Source: Squalus acanthias (lineage: Eukaryota). From it: DNA of 64,000 nt. Positions 1 to 13,134 of this stretch are shown here, piece after piece. The stretch's first letter is position 1; every line of letters starts with the position of its first letter. The stretch covers positions 149,112,001 through 149,176,000 of the forward strand of contig CM059432.1 in the NCBI GenBank assembly GCA_030390025.1, written 5' to 3'. The notes below the pieces were generated by a model, which had not been told where the DNA came from, ran no database searches, and was given only the letters and a program-made list of their open reading frames with translations. The translations under genes were made by a program, and so were the position numbers.

Positions 1-1398
1 GGGAGGCGTTCAGGGAAAGGCTAGACATGTTTTTGAAGGGAAGAGGTAGAGCATCCAAAGCTAATGCACCCTAGATGACAAAGGAAATAACACAGAAAAA
101 GGAGACTTATGACAAATGTCAGGAGCAAGATTCAGTTCATAACCTGGAAGATAATGCAAGGAATTGAAAAAATTAATAGGGGAGGCAAAGAGAGGTTTCG
201 AGAAAAGATTAGCAGGCAACATTAAATTAAACCCTAAAACATTATATAAATATATGAAGTGGAAGAGGTTAGCTAGGGAAAAAGTTGGGCCTATTAAGGA
301 CCCAAAGGGAAATCTTCAGGTAGAGACAGAGGACTGGCTGAAGTATTAAATGAATACTTTGCAACTATCTTCGCAAAGGAAGCGGATGATGTGAAGGTTA
401 TACTAAAAGAAGAGAGGGAAGTTATGGACAGGATAGGAATAGATCGAGAAGATGTACTAAAAAGATTAGCATTCCTGAAAGTTGGTAAGTCACCTGGTCC
501 GGCTGGAATGCATCCTAGGTTGCTGAAAGAAGCAAAGGTAGAAATAGCAGAAGCATTGCTCACAATCTTTCAATCCTCATTGGATACAGGAATAGTGCTG
601 GATGACTTGAGGGTTGGTAATGTTATATCACTATTCAAAAAAGGGGAGACGGATAACTTGGGGAAACTATAGGCCAGTCAGCCTAACATTGATGGTGAGG
701 AAGTTATTGAAAACCATTAGCGGGGACAAAATAAACTTTCATTTGGAAAGGCATGGGTTAATCATGGAGATCGACCATGGATTTGTTAAAGGCAAATCAT
801 GTCTGACTAACTTGATTGAATTCTTTGAGGTAACAGCGAAGGTTGAGTAAGGTAGTGCAGTAGATGTTGCACATAAGGACTGTCAGAAGGCACTCAACAA
901 ATTGCCACACAGGAGGCTTGTTAAGAAGATGGAAGCCCATGGAAACGGAATTGGCTCAGTGACAGGAAGCAGAGGGTGTTGGATGTATGTTTTTCAGACT
1001 GGGAGGTGGTTTCCAGTGATGTTCCTCAAGGGTCAGTTTTGAGTCCATTACTCTTTTCAATTTTTATAAATGACCTAGACATGGGTGTAGGGAGCAGCAT
1101 CATAAAGTTTGCAGATGATACAAAACTTGGCGAAGTAGTAGATAGTGATGAGGATAGTTGTAGACTTCAGGATGACATAGACAGGATGGTGAAATGGGCA
1201 AAAGCATGGCAGATGGAGTTCAATGCGGAGAAGTGTGAAGTGATGCACTTTGGGAGGACTAATCTGGAAAGACCGTACACTATAAATGGTGTGATTTTGA
1301 AAAGTGTAGATGAGCAGAGAGACCTTGGTGTCCATATACACAAATCCTTAAAGTTGGCAGAGCAAGTTGATAAGGTGGTTAAAAAAGCATATGGGTTA
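1..1398 (+). mobile_element. CR1 LINE ORF2 (RT), older frameshifted copy, 5' part of an interrupted element
   Basis: Fragments KSPGPAGMHPRLLKE, NYRPVSLT, HGFVKGKSCLTNLIEFFE, VPQGSVL, KFADDTK in shifting frames; continues at about 4040. Confidence 0.93.
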
Positions 1399-4038
1399 AC
1401 ATAGAACAGTACAGCACAGTACAGGCCCTTCGGCCCTCGATGTTGTGCCGAGCATTGTCCGAGACCAAGATCAAGCTATCACACTCCCTATCACTCTGGT
1501 GTGCTCCATGTGCTTATCCAATAACCGCTTGAAAGTTCCTAAAGTGTCCGACTCCACTATCACAGCAGGCAGTCCATTCCACACCCCAACCACTCTCTGA
1601 GTAAAGAATCTACCTCGGACATCCCTTCTATATCTCCCCCCATGCACCTTATAGTTATGCCCCCTTGTAACAGCTGCCTCTACCCGAGGAAATAGTCTCT
1701 GAACATCCACTCTATCTATCCCCCTCATCATCTTATAAACCTCTATTAAGTCGCCTCTCATCCTCCTCCGCTCTAAAGAGAAAAGCCCCAACTCCCTCAA
1801 TCTTTCCTCATAAGACCTCCCCCCCCCCCAAACCAGGCAGCATCCTGGTAAATCTCCTTTGCACTCTTTCCAATGCTTCCACGTCCTTCCTATAGTGAGG
1901 TGACCAGAACTGCACACAATATTCCAAATGTGGTCTCACCAAGGTCCTGTACAGTTGCAGCATAACCTCACGGTTCTTAAACTCAAACCCTCTGTTAATA
2001 AACGCCAACACACCATAGGCCTTCTTTACTGCTCTATCCACTTGAGTGGCAACCTTCAGAGATCTGTGGATATGAACCCCCAGATCCCTCTGCTCCTCCA
2101 CGTTCCTCAGAACCCTGCCGTTGACCCTGTAATCCTTATTCAAATTTGCCCTACCAAAATGAATCACCTCGCACTTATCAGGGTTAAATTCCATCTGCCA
2201 TTTTTCGGCCCAGCTCTGCATCCTATCAATGTCTCTTTGCAGCCTACAACTGCCCTCCACCTCATCCACTGCTCCACCAATCTTGGTGTCATCAGCAAAT
2301 TTACTGATCCACCCTTCAGTCCCCTCCTCCAAGTCATTGATAAAAATCACAAACAGCAGAGGACCCAGCACCGACCCCTGTGGCATACCGCTGGTAACTG
2401 GTCTCCAGTCCGAAAATGTTCCATCCACCACCACCCTCTGCCTTCTATGAGATAGCCAGTTACTTATCCAATTGGCCAAATTTCCCTCTATCCCACAACT
2501 CCTTACTTTCTTCATGAGCCGACCATGGGGAACCTTATCAAACGCCTTACTAAAATCCATGTATACGACCTCAACTGCTCTACCTTCATCTACACACTTA
2601 GTTACCTCCTCAAAGAATTCAATCAAATTTGTTAGGCAAGACTTACCCTTCACGAATCCGTGTTGACTATCCCTGATTAAGTTGCCCCTTTCCAAATGGT
2701 CATAAATCCTATCCCTCAGGACCTTTTCCATTATCTTACCAACCACCGAAGTAAGACTAACCGGCCTATAATTACCAGGGTCATTCCTATTTCCTTTCTT
2801 GAAGAGAGGAACAACATAGAAACATAGAAACATAGAATCTAGGAGCAGGAGTAGGCCATTCGGCCCGTCGAGCCTGCTCCGCCATTCAATACGATCATGG
2901 CTGATCATCCAAATCCAGCACCCTGTTCCCTGCCCCAATCCCCACAGTACTCACATCCCACCCTACCCCCGTAACCCCACGCATTTAATTCCCCCTAACA
3001 TATCCCATCCTATCCCCATAACCCCACATATTTAATCCCCCCTAACACTAAGGGTCAATTTATCATAGCCAAATCAACCTAACCTGCACATTTTTGGACT
3101 GTGGGAGGAAACCGGAGCACCCGGAGGAAACCCACGCAGACACGGGGAGAATGTGCAAACTCCACACAGACAGTCACCCGAGGTCAGATTCGAACCCGGG
3201 TCTCTGGCGCTGTGAGGCACCAGTGCTAACCACTATGCCACCGTGTTGCCCACAACATTCGCCACTCTCCAGTCCTCTGGCACCATTCCCGTGGACAGTG
3301 AGGACCCAAAGATCAAAGCCAGAGGCTCTGCAATCTCCTCCCTTGCCTCCCAAAGAATCCTAGGATATATCCCATCTGGCCCAGGGGACTTATCGACCCT
3401 CAGGTTCTTCAAAATTGCTAAAACATCTTCCCTCAGAACATCTACCACCTCCAGCCTATCCACCTTTATCACACTCTCATCCTCAAGAACATGGCCCCTC
3501 TCCTCGGTGAACACTGACGAAAAGTATTCATTCATCACCTCTCCTATCTCTTCTGACTCCATGCACAAGTTCCCACTACTGTCCTTGACCGGCCCTACCC
3601 TCACCCTGGTCATTCTTTTATTTCTCACATAAGAGTAAAAAGCCTTGGGGTTTTCCTTGATCCGACCCGCCAAGGACTTCTCATGCCCCCTCCTAGCTCC
3701 CCTAAGCTCTTTTTTTAGCTCATTCCTTGCTACCTTGTACCCCTCAATCGACCCAACTGAACCTTGTTTTCTCATCCTTACATACGCTTCCTTTTTCCTC
3801 TTGACTAGACATTCAACCTCTTTTTGTGAACCATGGTTCTCTCACTCGGCCATTTCCTCCCTGTCTGACAGGGACATACCTATCAAGGACACGCAGTAAT
3901 TGCTCCATGAAAAAGCTCCACTTTTCGTTTGTGCCTTTCCCTGATAGTTTCTGTTCCCATCTTATACTCCCTAATTCTTGCCTAATCGCATCATAATTAC
4001 CCCTCCCCCAATTATAAACCCTGCCCTGCCGTGTGGCC
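1399..4038 (-). mobile_element. Younger 5'-truncated CR1 LINE inserted antisense into the older CR1
   Basis: Nearly open RT (ORFs 3233-3775, 1808-2938, 1471-1917) with YMDFSKAFDKVPH and KFADDTK; 3' UTR and tail at about 1400-1470. Confidence 0.95.
2818..3251 (-). mobile_element. HE1-type tRNA-derived V-SINE with CR1-derived 3' tail, inserted in CR1 RT
   Basis: Minus strand A box TGGCATAGTGG, B box GGTTCGAATCT, V-domain ggagtttgcacattctccccgtgtctgcgtgggtttcctccggg, (ctatgttt)n tail; 7-bp TSD acaacat at 2811-2817 and 3252-3258 splits ANVV|PLFKKG. Confidence 0.9.
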
Positions 4039-4039
4039 C

Positions 4040-4670
4040 TACTTAGGTTACTTAGGTTTATAAATAGAGGAATAGAATATAAAAGCAAAGAGATCATGCT
4101 AGAACTTTATAACTCCGTGGTTTGGCCTCAGCTGGAGTATTGTGGACAATTCTGGGCACCACACTTCAGGAAAGATGTAGAGGCCTTAGCAAGGGTACAG
4201 AGGAGGATTACCAGGATGTTACCAGGGATGAGGGACTTCAGTGATGAGGACAGGTTGGAAAAGTTAGGACTGTTCTCCTGGAACAGAGAAGGTTAAGAGG
4301 TGACCTAATGGAGGTTTTCAAGATAAGAGGTTTTGAGAGAGTAGTTGGAGAAAATCTATTCCCTCTGACAATTGGGTCAATAGCCAGAGGTCACAGATTC
4401 AAAGTCATTGGAAAAAGATCTAGAGCAGAAATGAGGAGAAATGTTTTCACTGAGTTTTCGGGCTCTGGAAGGCTCTGTGGTGGAAGCTGATTCCATAAAT
4501 AATTTTAAAAGGGCGTTGGACAGGTACTTGAGGATGAGGAACTTCCAGGGTTACGGACACAAAGCCATGGAGTGGGACGACTAAGCACGACTGCTCTTTC
4601 AAAGAGCCAGCACAGGCACAATGGTCCGAATGGCCCCCTTCTGTGCTGTAAGTTTGTATGATTGTATGAT
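4040..4670 (+). mobile_element. CR1 LINE, 3' remainder of the element starting at 1
   Basis: Resumes LRFINRGIEYKSKE...LEYCGQFWAPHFRKD exactly after KKAYG; ends in a CR1 3' stem-loop and (tgtatgat)n tail. Confidence 0.9.
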
Positions 4671-6484
4671 TTTCAGTATCTTGAACTGTCCCAATTGTAC
4701 CTTGAGTGCTCGAGTGATCAGATTTCAAGTAAAAGTAATGCCTGTTTACTTATAATGTCCAATATTAATAATTAGGCTGTACAAATCAGCCACCAAAATA
4801 AATGACTTTTGACAAAATTCCAGAGAAGAGACTATTTTGGATATTTTGTACTTTTGATTGTCTCTTTCACTCTTCTGATCTCCGAAGTGGTGACTTTCAT
4901 TGGACCTCTGATGCCATGTCTAAATATTAATTCATAACATATATGAATATTAGTAGGCAAGGGCAAATGAAACCTGGCATATAAAGACACACTTGTAGCA
5001 GCGTTGCTGTACTGCAGTTCGGAGCAGGAACCATGGCTGGTATTCCTCCCCTGCCCCTCCCTCTGCAGATGTGATGTGGTTCATCGTAGCATCTGGCTGA
5101 AATGAGCTAACTCGACAGGAATGAGGAATGAATCTTCCCTCTGTGAATAGTTCAATGTGGTGCATTTAGTCAGTTATCAGTGGATCCTGGAGTCGGTTTG
5201 TACTGGATATAATGCAAGGCTTGACATTATCAGACAACAAAAAGTTACTATTTTCTTCATCATTGAACTTTTCATTGATATGTACATTTTGGAGCAATAG
5301 TAACAAAAATCAAAGGAAAAGATAATTGCTCTTGGTCTGCGTGATCTACTTGGCTTGTGGGGATGAGCAGCAGCAGTGACCGAGTGACTTTTGTGAAGGG
5401 TATGATTAGTGAATTTGATATTTCTGGATGCATGATAACACTGGCCTTCCTGTTTCATAAATAGTACATATGAACTGCCTCACCCTTTTTTGGTCTGTGC
5501 CTTTTTCAGTCCTCTTGAGATCAGAAAGCTACCTGGAGGTTTTAGGATTTTGTTCTGCCATGAGATGTGAATTGCTGTTGCAAATACTATATTGTATATA
5601 TTGAGCAATAAAGAAACTCAAAGTATGCTAATCAGTTAGAAAGGGGTGCCATTGAGGTTCTGAAAAAACTTTGTTGTCGATCAGAATTTTTTCTTGAGTG
5701 AAAATCAGATGAGGGGAGATACGATTTCAAATGACCATGGACTGAAATTGTGGTCTGAAGGCACCTTATGTTGAAGGAATATTGTCAGTTGCAGAAATGT
5801 GGTTCTCTGACTTTTGGCAGCATTTTGTAATGTTAAAATCCCAGTCTTTCAAAGACCCACATTTTCATGGACCTTGTGAGCTAAGATTTGGTCTCCACTT
5901 AAACTAATCTTGCAAAGCCCTGTTCTCTCGCTCTTAGTTTTTGGAATTATGTATCTCTGGCCTTGATAATAGGTGTTGGCTCCAATTAAAGTAAACATGG
6001 GACACTTGAGGTTTGAGTGCTGCTCCCCGGGAGTCCTTAAGAAAACATAAAGATGCCTTCATTTCCAGTTATAGAGTGGGATTTCTCTACAGTTAGATGC
6101 CATGTTGTCCAAGAAAGATGCTGTATGAAGCACTCTTCAGTTTTTGTGACCTCGCAAGAAATGTCAGATTTTGTCGTTGCACTGCAATGTTTGAAGTTTC
6201 ACTTTTTATAGCGGCTTCCAGTTTCAATTTATTCTGCCTTTTGCTTTAAGCAAAGGCTATGGAAGCTTCTTGTCCTTGTGCGTTGCATAGATTTGTACGA
6301 TGGAGTTTTAGGGGCCATATGAAGTTTAAATCCACATTCCAGTAAATTTTATATATCAAGTTACTGATCGTGTACAGATTTTGGTGTAATGATTTATCCA
6401 CCAAATAAAGCAGATTTTCCTGGGCTTTGAGAGTCAGATTGCCAGGGTAAGGGGCTACATGGTCCACAAGCTGCTCTTTGGATA

Positions 6485-6726
6485 AACAGAAAATAAAATA
6501 CTGCAGATGCTTGAAATCTGAAAACAAAAACAGAAAAGGCTGGAAATGCTCATCTGTGGAAAAACAGAAGTCACTTGATGTTTCAGGCTTAAGACCCTTC
6601 TGCAGGACTGGGAGGTATTTCATCTGTAATATCTCCTAGTCCTGAGGAAGGGTCTTGAGGGATGAAATGTTGGGTGGCTTCTGTTTTTCCACAGATGCTG
6701 TCTGACCTGAGCATTTCCTGCTTGTT
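6485..6726. mobile_element. Diverged inverted pair of Penelope terminal repeats with degenerate hammerhead cores
   Basis: aaaatactgcagatgc...gatgtttcaggcttaagacccttctgcag followed by its inverse ctgaggaagggtctt...gaaatgtt...ccacagatgctg; 14-bp TSD ctgctctttggata at 6471-6484 and 6727-6740. Confidence 0.78.
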
Positions 6727-8289
6727 CTGCTCTTTGGATACCCTTTGCTTTAAGGTGGATACCCTTGTTTTAAGGTGCACAACTTTCTTTGCTCTGCTTG
6801 AAGCATCTTGAGCTGCACTAGCAAAATAGATTTTCCTTTTTCTCTTCGAACAAACATTATAAGCAGCCTCCAGGTTTCCAAGTGGTCCCAGCCGCAGGCT
6901 CGAGGTCATTTTGGATTCATTTGATTGCTTGAGACTGCCAGTAAGGGAGTCCTGTTGAAGTTTCTCCATTACAATCGGATAAATCCATAGCAGGGGTGTG
7001 ATGGAGGAGTGACAAATTCTGCATTGGTAAGCATTAGGGTGGATTTTCTCATCCTGCATGAGGCCACCTGCCAACGTGTAAACCAGTAGGCCAACTGCAG
7101 CTCAGACACCCACCTCATCATTTTGCAGGGTGAGTGCATACACTTCTCTTTCTGTATCCCCTAGAAGGAGTTCTTGGAAGACTGGAGCTACGGCAACAGC
7201 AAGGGTGAGAACATGGGATTAAACCATTGACGAGGCCTGAAGAGCTGGTAGTTCGTGTGAGACTGTACTCTTCAAAGGTAGAGGGATGTATGGTAAAGTA
7301 CCTGCAGTAGTGCAAGTTACAAGAAGTAGACTGAAGCTATCAACTGTGCCAAGGTCCGGGCAAGTGGTCACTGTTGTCTCAAGGATCAAAGGTCAGTTCC
7401 CAGAGTAGACCAAAGGTGTTAATATGGCAATTTCTGTGGCTTGGAGTCAAACTGAGATGACGAGAAGTTTATGATCGTGCAAGTTGGGAATAAACTATTT
7501 GTATGGAACTGTGGCTTTTATCAATAAAATCAAGTTTGCAGTTTGATTTTTTTTGCACCATTCAAAGTTAAGATTTGCAGGTGAAGCTGAATCCATCAGC
7601 ATTTCATAAATTATTTTCTCCTTGCATTATGTGAGGTATAGTAAGCAAGGAGTTTGTTGGCTGCCTTATTGGCTGCATTTGACTTGTGTGATATAAGCTC
7701 ATACAGTGGTTGCAAGGATTTGGCTGGTTCAGATGTCTTCTGTACATTGTGGCTTAAATACTAACTGCTGCTATTAGTTGGTTGTGGGGCTTGTGACCGG
7801 AACAAGTTCTTGCCTCGATCTGTCTGCAGTAAATACATGTGCTCCACATTTTGGTTGTAGCCTTTTGTAGAGATCCATTGCCATGTTGGCTGTGGTACAG
7901 ATGCCTCTGAACAATCATGTTGGCACCGCTGACTGCATGGCACTGATACGAATAAGATGCTTTGACACACTTTTGTTGCATTTACTTGAACTAATGTTTT
8001 ATGCTGTTGTGTTGTTCACCCCCACCTACCCGACTGAACTGGAAGAAACAAACTCAATGTATCAAATATATTAGTGATCAGCATTTACTTTGGTCAATGA
8101 TCTAGTAGTTCCAGCCAGACACTGGAGGTTGTGGTATTCCTTCAGTTCTGAAATATTTGGCAATTATTATCCTGATTATTATTAAATTGCACATGTTTGG
8201 AATTCATTCTGTTGACTAATTGGGTGTTTTTTTTCGCCATTAACACCAAGTATTAGTAGCTTTTTAATTTTGGTGCTCATCAAGCTGAA

Positions 8290-8638
8290 GAATATTGGTG
8301 ACTGGTGTCCAGTGCCAGCATCAAGCATTCCCAGGTCCTGCATAACACAATTAAATGAAGATTAAGCCTCCAATCCTCTGCCCCAATCTCAAGAGCACCC
8401 GCTCTGACACCAGTGTGACTTTTTTTCTTTTTCACATTCCAACCATCTGAGTGACATTGCAAATTAGTATAGTTATGTACTGCAGGCTCATGCCCATGAG
8501 GAACAGAATTAAGACTGCCTCACCATAGGATCATTCCAGCCAGCAGACAGAGGAAACTTTCATCCCAATAGTTTGAGCTGGATTTGAACTGAAGTTTCAG
8601 AGGTGAAGGGCTGTTATTCAATTCACGGAGCCACCCAT
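8290..8638 (-). mobile_element. Ancient tRNA-headed SINE, LF-SINE-like
   Basis: Minus strand tgggtggctccgtgaattg...agcccttcacctctg...gttcaaatccagct...gaaagt...cctatggtga...tctgttcctcatgggca resembles the recalled LF-SINE head; boundaries approximate. Confidence 0.5.
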
Positions 8639-10544
8639 TTCCTGAACAAATTTAGATTTTTTTTGTACTGTTGTGGGTGATAGTACATTGCTTAATTTTG
8701 AGGTCTGTTGTTAGTAGTGTATAATTTGTGTACTTTTATTTGGTAATTAATAATTCTGATCATTCATGAAGACTTTTGATTCCACACTATTTTAGTGTTG
8801 GTTCAAAAAAGAACGATTTTAATAAACCACTTCTGTTTATCCAAAATTTTAATGAATTCAGTATTTCTTGAGCATTTATAACTTCTGATAAGTCAGTGTT
8901 ATCCCAATATTTACTAATCCTGCAGTCCCAACATTTGTAGCCCTGATTTGCTGACCTTCGCTCCCTTTGAACCTCACTTCCTATTGGCAGCGTTGGATTG
9001 GTGAATTTGCCATTATGTCACAAATTACCAGTAAAGAGGAGTTCCATTTCAATAGATGCACAATCTTTTCTCATTTGAACAACTAACCTCAAGTGCTTGT
9101 GTAATATTGTGAAAGATAACTTCAGTTTTACAAAATAGACTACTGAGCCACCATACTTCTTATAAAGGACAAGTTTTAATACTAAATTTATATAAGTTGG
9201 GTTTTCGAGGTCAAAAAATAGCTCCAAGGTAATATACCTGGCAGTGATAATTCAGGTCTAATCAGCCCACTGTGCCAGTCCTGGTAAAACTATACCTGAG
9301 TCAGGCAGCTTTGCAATACTCCAGGACACTTGTTGACTGACCAGAAAGATGGGCTCATTATTGGAATCTGGAGGGGTAGACACCCCACTGTCCAGGCTTG
9401 ACATTTTTGCCTAACTGCCCTATTTAATTTGTCATTCATTTGGAAACAGCACTGCTCTGTTGGCAGTGAAGGATATGAATTGCTAGACAAAAAGAGACCA
9501 AGGTCCATCTAGTTTGCCATCTACCATCTCGCTAGTCTCATGGTACAACAATAATGGAGATGGAAGCACATCTGTGCTTGCTTGCTGTGCCATGGAATGT
9601 CGGGGTATTCTTTTCTTCTCCGCTTGTTTGCAACTTTGGGGAAGGGAGGTTACTGATTTTGGGTTGTTGGGGGAAAAAAAAATGTGGCGACGAGTAAAGA
9701 TTAGTGATGAGTAATCATAGACTGCGACTATGCATTTCCTAGCTTCTGGTTGAAGAGCTCTACTGGCAGAAGTCCAGAAGCAAGTTACCTGCACTTACAC
9801 TCTGGGGAGAAAACAAAACAAAAATATTGGTTGTTCCGCACAATAATTTGTAATTGTGGGGATGCGTTCTGTCCAGGAGTATATTTAAGAGCAGTTCCTA
9901 TATTTGTACGCCATTGCCATAAAGTTTAGGAATGCGCAGTATGGCTGGGCTCCAGGGTGGAACCTGAAGCAGCGACTGTGGCTTTAAATATATCGAATTT
10001 ATTGCTGACATTTAGTCACAACCAGGCAGTTTGGATTCAGTCCACATCATGGGGAATGGAGGGAAAGAAAATTGCTTTGAGTCTGTACTTAATTTGGTAT
10101 ATTTTAGCCAACAATTTGTGTTCTCGTATAATTAAGCGTGTGCTGTACGGATGCTAAACTTTTCAGCCAGATTCGAGCTGCTCTATGGGGAAACACGCAG
10201 TAGTTCCAGAGCTAATTTTATATTTAATCCATTATTTAAGGATGCATACAACTAATTTTGCCTAGGATATGTGAGGGTATCTTTGTTTTATCAGTTTATA
10301 TTCAAATAATGTTGAAATGTGCTGATGATTCAAATTGCTAGGATTGTTGAAATATTGTCTCAGCATGAGCTCATGGCGTTTGGGTTTGTGGTTTATTCTG
10401 TGTGCACGTAAATCAACAATTGTTTCCATCTGTGCTGCATTCAGTTGATATATAAAGTCATGCAATGAAGATTTCACCAATATTAAGTCGAAACTTATTG
10501 GAATTAAGCAAATTTTAACCCCCTTTTGTAGCAGCCAAAGTGTT

Positions 10545-11052
10545 GCAGGAAAGATGTGATTGCACTAGAGAGGGTACAGAGGAGATTTACAAGGATGTTG
10601 CCGGGAGTAGAGAATCTTAGCTATGAGGAAAGACTGGATCGGCTGGGTCTGTTTTCCTTGGAACAGAGGAGGCTGAGGGGAGACCTTATTGAGGTATATA
10701 AAATTATGAGGGGCATAGATAAAGTGGATAGAAAGGACCTATTTCCCTTAGCAGAGGGGTCAAGAACCAGGGGGCACAGATTTAAAGTAATTGGTGGAAG
10801 GATTTGAGGGGAAATTTCTTCACCGAGGGTTGTGGGGGTCTGGAACTCACTGCCTGAAAGGGTGGTCGAGGCAGGAACCCTAACCACATTTAAAAAGTAC
10901 TTGGATGTGCACTTGGGATGGTGTAACCTGCAGGGCTACGGACCAAGAGCTGGGAAGTGGGATTAGGCTGGATAGCTCTTTGTTGGCTGGCGTGGACACG
11001 ATGGGCTGAAATGGCCTCCTTCCGTGCTGTAACTTTCTATGATTCTATGATT
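10545..11052 (+). mobile_element. CR1 3' fragment
   Basis: RKDVIALERVQRRFTRMLPG...RGDLIEVYKIM; (tctatgat)n tail. Confidence 0.92.
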
Positions 11053-11126
11053 GTCCATTAAAATGATTTTTTATTCCATGTGGAGTTAAACTCAATGAGA
11101 TACTGAACTTTAGTGTAATTTAATTC

Positions 11127-11750
11127 AGAAAGAGGATTTGAGTACAGGAGCAAGGATGTCTTACTACAGTTATACAGGGCCTTGGTGAGACCACACCTGG
11201 AGTAGTGTGTGCAGTTTTGGTCTCCTTACCTAAGAAAGGATATACTTGCCATAGAAGGATTGCAGCGAAGGTTCACCAGACTGATTCTGGGATGGCAGGT
11301 CCGTCATATGAGGAGAGATTGGGTCGACTAGGCCTGTATTCACTAGAGTTTAGAAGAATGAGAGGGGATCTCATTGAAACGTATACAATTCTGACAGGGC
11401 TAGACAGACTGGATGCAGGGAGGATGTTTCCCCTGGCTGGGGGGTCTAGAACGAGGGGTCACAGTCTCAGGATACGGGGTAGGACATTTAGGACTGAGAT
11501 GAGGAGAAATGTCTTCACTCAGAGGGTGGTGAACCTGTGGAATTCTCTACCACAGAAGGCTGTGGAGGCCAAGTCACTGAATATATTTAAGAAGGAGATA
11601 GATAGATTTCTAGACACAAAAGGCATCAAGGGGTATGGGGAGAGAGCGGGAATATGGTATTGAGATAGAGGATCAGCCATGATCATATTGAATAGCAGAT
11701 CAGGCTCGAAGGGCCGAATGGCCTACTCCTCCTATTTTTCTATGTTTCTA
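11127..11750 (+). mobile_element. CR1 3' fragment (same subfamily as about 19990-20610)
   Basis: YEERLGRLGLYSLEFRRMRGDLIETY; 3' UTR gatcagccatgatcatattgaat...ctcgaagggccgaatggcctactcct. Confidence 0.92.
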
Positions 11751-12651
11751 AATACATTTATATAATTATCACTCATCTGGCTTGAATTGGCGCATTCAAT
11801 TCTAGTGTAAAACATCTAAGTGATGATTGGAATCTAGCGCTGACAATAGCTCCATCCAAATTAAATAAAGCAAAACAGCACCTGGAGCATTTATCTTTGT
11901 CAACAAATAAGTGATATAGAAGGCAGTAAGCGAAAAAATATTGACAGTTCTGGAACTAAAATTAGTATACATCAGTAAGCTGTTCAGTTTGTAATTATAA
12001 CATCAGACATTTAAGAAATGCAATCAGAAGTCGATCAATTTTCGGAGAAAACTCATTGAATGCTACACAGATGTGAGAGTTTGATTTGTCTGCTCTTGCC
12101 TACAAATGAAAACTCAAACACAGCCATTTGATGTCACACCTAGATCTGTGCACTTTTTTTTGGAATTTAGCTAATTTTGTCCTCCACATCGACTCTTGCT
12201 GGACTAAGGACCTGCTAGCTGGTTTCAGATACCTTACCCCACTCGCCATTTTTCACATGAACCTGAATAGCAAGTGTTGGCAGTTCATTTGACCATGGAG
12301 AGCATTCCAGTTGAGGCCAATCTTGTCCTGTCCTTGCCCAACATCCACATGTGCACACTTTGCAGCAGGAATCATTGGGAAGTGACCAAGTGCAGGAACC
12401 CTGGCTGACTTCTTCCCTCCCTAGCGCAAACATGCTGAGATCAGCTGCCGCCTCCAATATGTAAATTGAGATTAGATAACTTGGCACAAACTGGGAACTA
12501 TACTAATAGTAGCTGCAAACAATTTTTTATGTGTTAACACTGACACTCCTTTCATAGTTGTCTGCTGTTGACTTGAGATAATATTATCCAAACACAACTT
12601 CTGTGCTGAACCACTCCCGTTGTAAAGAACTCCTGATGCTCGGATAAAGTA

Positions 12652-12929
12652 CAGGTTCAGCATCCTGAATCCGGCAACCTCGGGACCGAGGCCGAGCCGG
12701 TTTCTGTGTTTTTCCGGACTTCAGAACGTGTTTCTGATGTCCGAAGTCCGGAAATATCGCAACCTAGGCTCTGGCGTTTCCGGACTTCGGACATCAGAAA
12801 CATGTTCCGAGTCCGGAAATGCCTGGGCCCAGGTTGCGGTTTGACAGGGTGTCCGGATTCCGGACGACCCTGCCACCAATCGTCCCAGAGTCCGGATTCT
12901 GGAACTCTGGATTTTGGACGCTCAACCTG
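12652..12929. mobile_element. Tc1/mariner (pogo/Tigger-like) MITE
   Basis: TIRs caggttcagcatcc / ggacgctcaacctg flanked by TA on both sides; CpG-rich; strong internal inverted repeat. Confidence 0.85.
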
Positions 12930-13134
12930 TATTACTTTATCTTTAATGATCTAAACATTAAAAACATTATCAGCTGACTGTTAAATTTCACTTGGACAGG
13001 AAAGACAAGTTTTGTCCTAACTGTGGAAAGTATTACTTGTTGTGTAATTGATTTTTAGACTCTGTTGGTTTATGGTTGTGATGCAACAAATGAATGCATT
13101 AGTTTTTCTTTTCTCCCTCTCTATCCAATCCCTG

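Noticed and set aside
3170..3250. tRNA gene
   Set aside because: A and B boxes belong to the SINE head and run directly into the V-domain; the same applies at about 54070-54125
1928..3899. Plus-strand ORFs of 60-175 aa
   Set aside because: Antisense shadows of the CR1 RT and the SINE
6589..7074. 161-aa minus-strand ORF
   Set aside because: Non-ATG start, runs through the Penelope inverted repeat, no recognisable domain
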